From: Luteolibacter sp.
GTDB lineage: Bacteria; Verrucomicrobiota; Verrucomicrobiia; Verrucomicrobiales; Akkermansiaceae
Length of the DNA: 34,539 bases
NCBI GenBank assembly: GCA_044374015.1
Contig: JBIPND010000001.1
Location: 1-34,539, forward strand
Reading direction: 5' to 3'
The first letter of the stretch is position 1, and the number at the start of each line of letters is the position of its first letter. A model generated the notes under the pieces. That model saw nothing but the letters and a program-made list of their open reading frames with translations, did no database searches and was not told the DNA's origin. Shown one piece after another: positions 19,849-28,755 of the stretch. The translations under genes were made by a program, and so were the position numbers.

Positions 19849-22800
19849 TCAGTCCGCCGGGGTGACGACCACCCGGTAGAAGCGGCGCGAGCCATCCAGT
19901 GGTGAGCTGAACTGGAGTGAGGGTGGGTTTGCGGCACCGCCGGTTCCCAACTGCGGCAGCCCGTCCTTCAACCATGAATCGACGAGGGATGCACTGGACT
20001 CAAGCTGGTAGGAATGGCCTGCGTAGCCTGGAACGGAAAGGTGGAACAGGGTGGCATCGGCAGAGGCTGTGATCACCTTGACCGCCGCCCGATCCAGGAT
20101 GATGCCGTGGTTCACGAGGGTTGGTGGAAGGGTGCCGGTCCAATTGATGATATCGATGGTGCCGCTGTTCGTGAAGCTCCCGGTGATTTCCAGGGCAGAG
20201 TTTCCAAAAAGCCGCATGACGCCGTTGTTGACCGCATCCCCCGTGAAGTGAAGCGAGCCGACTCCGAGGACCAGGGTGCCGTCATTCAAGAGTGAAGCAT
20301 ACTCCGAGGTCTGGTCCGGATGGACGAAGGTTTCCGCCAGCGCGATGACCAGGTCGTTGGAAATCACCAATGTGCCGTTGGTGGTGCCGGAATAGTTCGG
20401 ATGATTGATCGTCGCGATCACCGCGTAGGAACCTGCCACCGTCGGTGGGGTGGAGAAACCATCATAGGTGAAATCCACCGGCAGCCCCGTCGGGTCGGTC
20501 GTGGCCGCCGCGGATTTCGGCTTGCCGTTGTAGTTCACGGCGAGGTTTTTCAGGGTGATTCCGGCCACGGCCTGGTTCACCGGCAGCGGCTGTGTCTGCG
20601 GCGAGGCGGGCAGGTAATTGGCATCGCCGGCCTGGGTGGCGGTGATGGTGGCCGGGCCCGCGCCGGTGAGGGTCACGATGTTGCCGGAAATGGTGGCGAC
20701 GGCGGGATTCGAGCTCTCATAGCTCACCGTCAGGCCGGATGAGGCCGTGGCACCGGGAGCGAACGAAACATCACCGAAGGTTTTCGCTGCCAACGCGCCG
20801 AAGGTGATGGTCTGCGGCCCTTTCGCCACGGTGATCGTGCCAGTGGTGGCGAGTGCGCTGCTGTTCCAGACCAATCCGGTCGTCAGGGTTGGCAGGGTGA
20901 TCGCCGAAAAGCTGCCATTGCGGGTGGTGGCGCTGAACAACTGGAACGAATCCCCTGCCGTGAACGCGGTTGCGCCGATGTTCACCACCTCCAGGGTGCC
21001 GCCGTAGGTGACGGTGGTGAGGCTGGTGACCTTGTCATGGGTGAGGGTGCTGCCGGACTTGCTGAGTTCCATCCGGGTGGTTCCGGCGAGGGAGAGCGTG
21101 TTGGGAAGGATGAGAGTGCCGATGGCCAGGCTGCCGGGGGCGAGGACTCCTCCTGCGGCAATGGTGGTCGGCCCCTTGACGCTGCCACTGCCGCCGAGGG
21201 TTCCGCCGGATGCCACCGTGACCGCACTGCCGGTCGCGAGGGATCCGTTCACCAGCAGGGTGCCGGCATTCACCGAGGTGGTGCCGACATAGGTATTCAC
21301 GGCGGTGACGGTGAGGACTCCTGATCCGGATTTCACGAATGGCAGTCCGGTGAGTCCCGGATAGTCCGCCATGACGCTGGAGATTGAAAGGTCCGAGAGC
21401 GCGTGGATCGTGAGGTTTTTCCCGCTGCCGCTGACCAGCCAGATGGGGGCGGCCCAAGTGGAAGGAGAACCGGTCGCATTGATGAGCCCGCTGGGATGCG
21501 TGTAGCCGAAGCGCGGACCCGCTCCGGTGGTGGTGGTGACCGTTGCCCCATCGAGGTTGATCGTCCCGAGATAGGCACCGTCCTGAAAGCTCGCACCGGT
21601 CATGGAGAAATTCAGCGTGCCGCCGTCCACGGTGAGCGTGTTATTTTCCGTCGCGCCGATCTGGGTGGACGTGCCGTTCACGCCGCCGATGTCCAGGGTG
21701 GCTGCTGGATTGACGGTGACGGTGTTGTTTTGTCCGAGGGCGGAATCACTGCTGATCGTTCCGATCGTTGACCGCAGCGTCCCTCCATTCACCGTGACGT
21801 TCCCCGTGAAGGAGTTGAGCGCGGAAAGCGTGGCTGTTCCGGAGCCGCTTTTCACCAGACCTCCCGTCCCCGAGATCACGCCGGTGATCGTGTGGCCGCC
21901 GGCTCCGTTGAGCGTGAGATCAAAGCCTGCGTTGGCCGTGGTGCTGCTGACGGTTAGAATGCCGCTGGTGCTGGTGTAGGACTGCGAGGCGAGCAGGGTG
22001 GTGGGAATCCCCCAGGTGTTGTTGCCCGCCTGGTTCAGCAGACCCCCTCGCAGCGACACTGCTGCTCCTGTTAGAGAGAATCCGCCATTGCTGAAAACAA
22101 TCTGGCTCACCGAGGTCAGGAGGTTGTTGACCGACGCCGGGCGGGTGGTTCCCGCAAAGGTCAGCACTTGGCCGTTGAGCGGGGCGACGCCGTTCCAGTT
22201 CAGCGGGCTGCTCCAGTTGATGTTCGTGCCACCGCCGTTCCACTGGCTGGTGCCTGCGGAAATGATGCTGATGGAGCCGGTCGTCGCAAGCCCGCTGGTG
22301 TCCCATATCAATCCCACCGGAAGGATCGGCACTGAGAGGGTGGTGAACGATCCACTGTAGCTTGCGGCGCTGAAAAGCTGGAACGAGTCGCCCAGCGCCA
22401 GGGCATTTACTCCCTGGGCGGTGATCGAAAGAGTGCCAGCATAGGCGAGCGCGTTGGTGGTGACCAGGCGGCTGCTGTTCGGTGTGGAGCCCTTGTTGAC
22501 CGTCATCTGCAACGCACCTCCGAGTGCCGCCGTGACGGCGGTTAGAGTGCCCGGGCCATCGAAGGAAACCGTTCCACCCGGCGGGTTGGTGACCGAGGCG
22601 ACGGTCTGGCTGAAGCCGTTCAGGGAAAGTTTCGCTCCCGAGGAAACCGGCACAGCCGCAGCGGTTCCGAGGCAGTTGGCGACTCCGCAAATGACGGTGC
22701 CTTCGAGGGCCTTCACCGCGACGTTGGTGGCCGTGGCCACGCCTTTGAGCAATACCGAGCCGGGCCCGCGCTTGTAGAAACCCAGGTTGCCGACATTCAG

Positions 22801-25800
22801 CGAGCCGTTGATCGTCAGGTCGCCAGTCAGGGTGTTGGTCCCGGGATCGATGTCCATCGACATGCCGTATCCCGAGCTGACGATCTGCACGTTTGCATCC
22901 ATTTCGGAGCCTGACGCGTTGGCCGTGCACCACAGGCCATTGCCCGCGATGTCGAAGGTACCGATTTTCGCAAGTCCGGTGCCATACTGCCGGATGGTCG
23001 TTGGCGCGCGTTGGAGGATGATCTGTCCGCTGGAGTTGTAGGTCCTGCCGCCTGCCAGATAGAATCCGGTGGTCGCCGCCACGCCGTCGCCGTTGATGGT
23101 CATGCCGGTGTTGGCGTAGCCGCCGCCGGTGTTGTAGTTGAGCTTGAGCGTGGCTCCGGAGGCGATGGCGTAGGGGCAGTTACCGGATTTGTTGGTGAGC
23201 TCCAGCGATCCGGCGTTCACCTGCAAGGTGCCGGTGATGGTGCTGGCGGCGGACAGGGTGAGCGCTCCGGCGCCGGTCTTGATGAAACCCTGCGTGCCCG
23301 CCACCACCGCACTGACTGTCGTGGACACATTGGTCGCGATGGCGGGTGTGCCGCTGCTCCTTGCCAGCGTTAAAGGTCCAGCGGTGCCGGTGCTCAGCGT
23401 CCAAGCATTCTTGGTCGCATCAAGGTCATCGAAAACCATCGTGCCGATCGTTCTCGCCCCATTGAGGGAGACGGTCCGGTTCGCCGTGAGGCTCAGGCTG
23501 CTGAAATCCGCGACGGCGTCCGTGGTACTGGCAATCGTGCCACCGCTCCAGTTGCCCGCCGTGGCCCAACTGCCGCCGGCGGTGTTGGTCCAGACTCCGG
23601 AGCCTGGAGGAGCGCTGATCACCAACGCGGCAGCCGGACTGGTCACGCCATTGGCCACGACCGTGTAGCTCCCGGCATCGGCGGCGGTGACCGCCGAAAT
23701 GGTGTAGGTGGACGAAGTCGCTCCCGGGATATCGGTGCCGTTGAACTGCCATTGATAGCTGGTGGGCACCGGGCCGATGACCGAGGCGGTGAATGTGGCC
23801 GGCAGACCTTTCGCCACCGAGTTCGTCAGCGGTGTGGCGGAAACGCTGGCCGGTCCCTGCACGCCCGCGCCGGTCAGGCTGAAGCTGTCAAAGGTGGCGA
23901 CGTGGATATTGGGATTTTGGGATTGGATCGCATGGATGAAGACGCCTGCCTGGATGGTGGTGCCGAAGCTGGTGAGCGTGACGGTATTCACCACGTTCCA
24001 GTTCACGCCATCCGACGAGATCGAACTGGTGAAATTGTTGCCCACGCGTTGAAGTTTATACCAGCGGTTGCTTCCACCGAGATTGCTTGACCAGCGGTTG
24101 GCATCGCCGTTGCCATCGCGCATCGTATCGTTCTGGAAGTAGGTGCCTCCGCCTACATTGCTGAACAGCGCGGTGAAGCGGGTCGGGCTGCCATCACCCA
24201 AGGGCTGTCCCATGGTGGCGTTGGTGGTGCCGCGCAGGATCAGGCCTGCGCGCCAGTCGCTTTCCGGAGGGGTGCCATCCGGTCCGGCGAGGTTCGCGGG
24301 CAGGCTCGCGAGCCGGCCGATCACCGTGCAATCCCCGGTGACCGAGCGGCTGAGCATGTTCATCCCGTCACCCAGCAGGGTCATCTTGTCGGTCTGCGCG
24401 CTGGCTCCGGAGGGATAGTTGTGGACCTCCAGCGACGACCAGGTCCAGGGCGCCACCGAGGCATTCGTCGTGGCGAAGGTCACCGGCGCGGAGTCGATCG
24501 TGTTGTTCGTGTTGTAGGTCACCCGGGCGCGGATCTGATTGATCGGAGCGGACCAGACCATCGAACTCAGCGTGTAGGGTGTGGTGGAATCCTGACCGAG
24601 CGGATAGTCCACCCACTGGTTCGGCCGGTAGAAGTACGAGTAGAAATCCGAGAGGTAAAAGCGGACATTGTTCACGGTGGTGCCATTGGCCGTGACCGCC
24701 GCCGCCATCGCCGCGCTGGCGTTGTCGATCGAGGCGTTCGCGATGGGCGAAGTGATCGCAACCGTCGGCTCGACGCTTGCCGCCGTGCGCGTGAAGGCGC
24801 TCGCCGGGATCTCCGTTTTCACGAGCCCGGGTCCTTCATGAAACAGCCCCAGCCCGTCGAGCAGATCGGTTGCCGGGCCGCGGAAATACTGGACGTTGAT
24901 CGCGTGCTGGCCGGCTGCGAGCGCCACCCAGCCGCTGCCGTAGTCGGTCGAGTTGCGAATGCCGTCGAAGGTGATCACCGGCTGTCCGCCGATCAGCAGC
25001 TTGCTTCCATCCCCCGACTTCAGGGTGAACGCATAGAGCCCGGAGGTCGGCACGTTGAGGTAGCCGTTGTAGTTGAAGGTGTAGTTGCTGCGGCGCTTGC
25101 GTGGCGTCACATCCACGGTACTGACCGCGCCCTGCTGTGCCGCCGTGAGCAAACTTGTGTCGGGCAGCAGCACCCAGTTCACCCCACTACCCGCTTCGTA
25201 ATACTGGTAGTTCAATCCACCCACCGTCCCCGAAACCGACCCTGCGGCCGTGAGTGCGGGAGTCGTCGGCGTGATCAGGATCGGCGTGCCGTCGTTGTGG
25301 AAGATGTCGGAAATCGTCAGCCGCACGTAGGGCGTGGCCACGCCGGTGATGTCCAGCAGCTTCTGCCGTGCTTCCGGTTGGTGGTCCGTGAAGGTCACCG
25401 CCGGCGAGCCGGTGTAGCTTGAATTGTTGAAGACCTCGATCTTGTAGGTAAGCTGCGGCGAGCTCGTCGCAGGCATGTCCCACTGGACGACAAGTTGCGA
25501 ACCGAGGGCCTTGGCACTGCTGCTGCTCACCACGATCGGATCAAAGCTCGGGGCCGCCGGCTGGTTAATCGTCGTCAGCGTCATCCCGTTGGTGCCGCGC
25601 AGGTTCGCCGGAGTCGCGGTGGTGTCGCTACCCCACGATTGGGAAGAGATCGCCGTGTCGCCATCGATCAGCGCCAGATGTCCGTTGAAGCCAGCCGAGT
25701 AAAAATTCTTCGCCGCCGTCCACACCCCGTTCTTGTGGTAGTAGGCGTTGCGATAGTCCGCCCGGTGCGCCGCGCCGGAACCCGTGAAGTCCTCCTGGAA

Positions 25801-26418
25801 TCCGCCAAGGCCATCCACCCCGCTCGCGCCGAAGGGATACTGCGTCGTGCACTGGTGATACCATTTTCCCGTCACCGCATCGCGCATCCAATGGCCCTGG
25901 TAGCCGACATGCGGCGTGCCGTCCGCCGGTTGCCAATAGCGTACGGCGAAGCGATACCATTGGTTCGTCGTGAACACCGGATAGGCCGCGGTGACGCCGC
26001 CAACGGTGCCTTCGCCGATGCTCACGTGCCACTCGGCGTTCGTGTTCTTCTCCCCGGCGTAGAGGAACTTCTGGATCGTGCCCGCCGGGTAGGCGAGGCT
26101 CGTCGGCCAGAAGCTGTAAAACACGCGGGTGTCGGTCGCGTAATGGATCGCCCCGCCATACCAGCCGGCCGAGGGATTCCCTTCGGCGCCTGGCACGTTC
26201 CAGCTCATGTAGAGCGCGTCGTAGATGCCTGGGGTCAGCGTCTGCTTGCGGTATTCCCGGATGGTGCAGTCCGAGCCGCTGGGAACATTCAACGAGTGAT
26301 GCTGCGCGTGCGCGACGGCGGACAAGGCCACTGACAAGACCGCGACCGCTTTGAGGAAAACACGGCAGAGTTTACCCCCGGCTTCACCGGCATTTGAGTC
26401 TGGGCGAGCTTGGAACAT
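19849..26418 (-). CDS. 2189-aa multidomain surface protein: DUF3472-like N-terminus, PA14, Big/Ig, ConA/DUF1349-like domain, PATR repeats, MBG domain, C-terminal tail
   Basis: Signal peptide ending AVAHA. YGG...FYSFW...GEGTVGG...WYRF...TGKW...GFQEDF...R..YRNAY. GGLNYQYYE...GYLNVPTSGLYAFTLKSGDGSKL (PA14). YQWQFNGTDIPGAT...DAGSY (Ig). Repeated KSGSGxxTxxAxNxFxG (PATR). YNGKPK...PPTVAGSYAVIATINHPNYSG (MBG). Confidence 0.85.
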   Translation of the reverse strand: MFQARPDSNAGEAGGKLCRVFLKAVAVLSVALSAVAHAQHHSLNVPSGSDCTIREYRKQTLTPGIYDALYMSWNVPGAEGNPSAGWYGGAIHYATDTRVFYSFWPTSLAYPAGTIQKFLYAGEKNTNAEWHVSIGEGTVGGVTAAYPVFTTNQWYRFAVRYWQPADGTPHVGYQGHWMRDAVTGKWYHQCTTQYPFGASGVDGLGGFQEDFTGSGAAHRADYRNAYYHKNGVWTAAKNFYSAGFNGHLALIDGDTAISSQSWGSDTTATPANLRGTNGMTLTTINQPAAPSFDPIVVSSSSAKALGSQLVVQWDMPATSSPQLTYKIEVFNNSSYTGSPAVTFTDHQPEARQKLLDITGVATPYVRLTISDIFHNDGTPILITPTTPALTAAGSVSGTVGGLNYQYYEAGSGVNWVLLPDTSLLTAAQQGAVSTVDVTPRKRRSNYTFNYNGYLNVPTSGLYAFTLKSGDGSKLLIGGQPVITFDGIRNSTDYGSGWVALAAGQHAINVQYFRGPATDLLDGLGLFHEGPGLVKTEIPASAFTRTAASVEPTVAITSPIANASIDNASAAMAAAVTANGTTVNNVRFYLSDFYSYFYRPNQWVDYPLGQDSTTPYTLSSMVWSAPINQIRARVTYNTNNTIDSAPVTFATTNASVAPWTWSSLEVHNYPSGASAQTDKMTLLGDGMNMLSRSVTGDCTVIGRLASLPANLAGPDGTPPESDWRAGLILRGTTNATMGQPLGDGSPTRFTALFSNVGGGTYFQNDTMRDGNGDANRWSSNLGGSNRWYKLQRVGNNFTSSISSDGVNWNVVNTVTLTSFGTTIQAGVFIHAIQSQNPNIHVATFDSFSLTGAGVQGPASVSATPLTNSVAKGLPATFTASVIGPVPTSYQWQFNGTDIPGATSSTYTISAVTAADAGSYTVVANGVTSPAAALVISAPPGSGVWTNTAGGSWATAGNWSGGTIASTTDAVADFSSLSLTANRTVSLNGARTIGTMVFDDLDATKNAWTLSTGTAGPLTLARSSGTPAIATNVSTTVSAVVAGTQGFIKTGAGALTLSAASTITGTLQVNAGSLELTNKSGNCPYAIASGATLKLNYNTGGGYANTGMTINGDGVAATTGFYLAGGRTYNSSGQIILQRAPTTIRQYGTGLAKIGTFDIAGNGLWCTANASGSEMDANVQIVSSGYGMSMDIDPGTNTLTGDLTINGSLNVGNLGFYKRGPGSVLLKGVATATNVAVKALEGTVICGVANCLGTAAAVPVSSGAKLSLNGFSQTVASVTNPPGGTVSFDGPGTLTAVTAALGGALQMTVNKGSTPNSSRLVTTNALAYAGTLSITAQGVNALALGDSFQLFSAASYSGSFTTLSVPILPVGLIWDTSGLATTGSISIISAGTSQWNGGGTNINWSSPLNWNGVAPLNGQVLTFAGTTRPASVNNLLTSVSQIVFSNGGFSLTGAAVSLRGGLLNQAGNNTWGIPTTLLASQSYTSTSGILTVSSTTANAGFDLTLNGAGGHTITGVISGTGGLVKSGSGTATLSALNSFTGNVTVNGGTLRSTIGTISSDSALGQNNTVTVNPAATLDIGGVNGTSTQIGATENNTLTVDGGTLNFSMTGASFQDGAYLGTINLDGATVTTTTGAGPRFGYTHPSGLINATGSPSTWAAPIWLVSGSGKNLTIHALSDLSISSVMADYPGLTGLPFVKSGSGVLTVTAVNTYVGTTSVNAGTLLVNGSLATGSAVTVASGGTLGGSGSVKGPTTIAAGGVLAPGSLAIGTLILPNTLSLAGTTRMELSKSGSTLTHDKVTSLTTVTYGGTLEVVNIGATAFTAGDSFQLFSATTRNGSFSAITLPTLTTGLVWNSSALATTGTITVAKGPQTITFGALAAKTFGDVSFAPGATASSGLTVSYESSNPAVATISGNIVTLTGAGPATITATQAGDANYLPASPQTQPLPVNQAVAGITLKNLAVNYNGKPKSAAATTDPTGLPVDFTYDGFSTPPTVAGSYAVIATINHPNYSGTTNGTLVISNDLVIALAETFVHPDQTSEYASLLNDGTLVLGVGSLHFTGDAVNNGVMRLFGNSALEITGSFTNSGTIDIINWTGTLPPTLVNHGIILDRAAVKVITASADATLFHLSVPGYAGHSYQLESSASLVDSWLKDGLPQLGTGGAANPPSLQFSSPLDGSRRFYRVVVTPAD

Positions 26419-26455
26419 GAAGGTTAAAGGAGTGGGCTTTCATCAAACGGCAAGA

Positions 26456-26475
26456 AATTTATCTGCTGCTAAGTT
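26456..26475. promoter_or_regulatory. Candidate operator, imperfect palindrome (motif 1, copy B)
   Basis: AATTTATCTGCTGCTAAGTT, 37 nt upstream of ATG 26418. Confidence 0.6.
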
Positions 26476-26526
26476 TTTAGCACCGCGGAATATTTTTGAA
26501 ATCAGGTCGCCCGGAAAATTGGCAGG

Positions 26527-26749
26527 TCAGTGCAACTTGAGGCGGTAAAATGCCGCGGGGGTCGCGGCAGTATCCTCGACATAATCGATCAGGCCGCCGG
26601 GCGGGGCGATGAGATCCGTGGCGACGGGAATCCAGGTGGAAAGGTTCGTCGAGCGTTCCACGTCATAGGTAAAACCCACGGTGCCCTCGAAATTGACAGT
26701 CAGTGTGTTGCCGCGCATGGAGATGCCGAGCACCCGGCAGAGCGCGAAG
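26527..26749 (-). repeat. 223-bp direct repeat, copy B (C-terminal tail, out of frame with the ORF immediately upstream)
   Basis: Encodes FALCRVLGISM...FYRLKLH*, nearly the same as the last 73 aa of 9654..15194. Confidence 0.95.
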
Positions 26750-28755
26750 CGTTCCGGTATAGTGAACGAGGTCGTAAGGGACTCCCATGGCGGGTGATGA
26801 GGGAAGTTCAAGGATGATGGAACCAGCGCTCCAGGTAAAGTTGCCGGACACCGTCAGCGGCACCGTGCCGGGTTCCGGCAAGGGCATCACGAGGTCGCCG
26901 CCGCTCTGGACGAACGAACCGATCGTCACGGCCGGGGCGTCGAAGCGCAGATCGCCAGCGGCGAGCTGCAGTGCGAGGAGCGGGTCGAGCGGACCGGCGA
27001 GCGTGAGTGTCGCGGGGCCCTTTTTCACGAACTTCAGGCTGCGGCCGAGTCCGCCGCCGAAGAACCTGTCGGTCGTTTGGTTCACGAACAATGCGGACAG
27101 TGCCCCGGTGCCCTGGATCGTGCCGGTGGAGCCCGACAGGTTGCCGATGTGGGATGCCGCGTTGCCAATCTCCACGACCGGGCTGCCACCGCTGAGGGAA
27201 AGGCGGGCGGCGGGGTTGTTCCAGGGTTGGTTCAACTTGAGGAGCGAATCCGTGCCGTTGAGGATGATTTCCTGCAGTGAATCGAGGCCGGTGGAGTTGT
27301 CGTTGATCAGGCGCGAACGCAGACCCACGATCACGCTGCCGGTTCCAAGCGCTTTGGCGGCACCGGCACGCAGTGCGCCGAAATCATCGCCTGCCGCCGG
27401 GTGGATCACGGTCCAGCTTCCGGTGTAAGGGTTGTTGGCGGAGTTGACGGAAACCTGGCGGATGTCAGCGGAGATCGCGCCGGTATTGGTGTCGGAGAGC
27501 ACGGTGATCATGCCGCTGCCGGACACCGGGCCGGTTAGATTGGCGGAGTTCACATAGCTGCCGCCATAGAGGCGCAGCGTCGTGTTTCCTGAAAAGGACA
27601 AGCCCGCCGCAACCGTGTGGGTGGATGACCCGACCGAACAATTGAACTGGATCGTGCCTCCGTCCTCGACGGTGGTCACAGGAAGATTGTAGGAAACGTT
27701 CTGGTTGGTGGTGGCGTGGAGGCGGGCGAGGTCGAGTTTTCCCCCGTTCACCACCCGCAGACTGGCGGCAACGAGGGCCTGGCTGTTGGAGCCGGTGTTA
27801 TTGGAAGTGACGACGTGAGCCACCGAATATCCGTTGCCGGTGTTCTGGGTTCCCGAGGTGGGCGCGGCCGCGCCGTTGTTCCAGGTGGCGCCCACATTCC
27901 ACGCGCCGTCGGCGAGCGAGGTGATGTGATCGTCGATGGTGAGAGTGGCGCTCGACGGCGTAGCGAGGGTGTATGCCGGGCCGGCGACGAGGGTGAGGAT
28001 CACGGTTTCGGAAATTCCGTCGGGCGCGGCGGCGATTGGATTGACGACGACGGTTTGGGATAGCGTGCCGTCGGGGAAAGAGACGCTGGTGGGCAGGGTT
28101 TCGTAATCACTGCCCTGGATTCCAGTGCCACTGATGTTGAACGGAACCGTAATCGCACCGATCGGGTGATCGCGGGTGAGGGTGAACGAACCGGGGATGG
28201 GACCGAGTTTCGAGGCGGACAAGGAGGCGGAAACCGTGACGACCGGCAGCGGGGCCGGCAGCGCGGTGAAGGAAACCGGGGCTGAGTCCACCTGATAGCC
28301 CCAGTCACCATAGGACGCGCGGGCGGTGACCACGTGGCCGCCGTGTGTGATGGCGGGGACCACGGCCTGATAAGGAGCGGTTGTTGCCTGTGCCAGCGAG
28401 GTTTCGCCGTCCATGAAATCGACGGCGTCCACCAGTTCCGGCTGGGTCGAGACGGTGGCGGAGAATGCCACGTTCAGCGGCGAAACGGACGAAGCCGCGG
28501 TGGGTGAGGTGAGGGTGACCACCGGAGGAGTGAGTGCTTGCTGATAGAGGGACTCGATGTCGGCGGCGGTGAGGGTGGCTTTGTAAACCCGGACGTCGTC
28601 GAGCCAACCCTTGAAGTGGCGGGTTGCGCTGTTAGGATCCCAACCGAGATACATCGCGCCGTTGAACGCCTCGGCGGCCTGGGTGGCGTTGTTGGTGGCG
28701 CTTTGCAGGCCCGCCGGGCTGCGCAGATGGAGGGTGGTGCCGGTCGGGGAAACGC

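Noticed and set aside
9654-26749. The 223-bp repeat pair as a DGR template/variable repeat or IS ends
   Set aside because: Mismatches are not adenine-specific and many are synonymous; no reverse transcriptase, transposase or recombinase is in the window.
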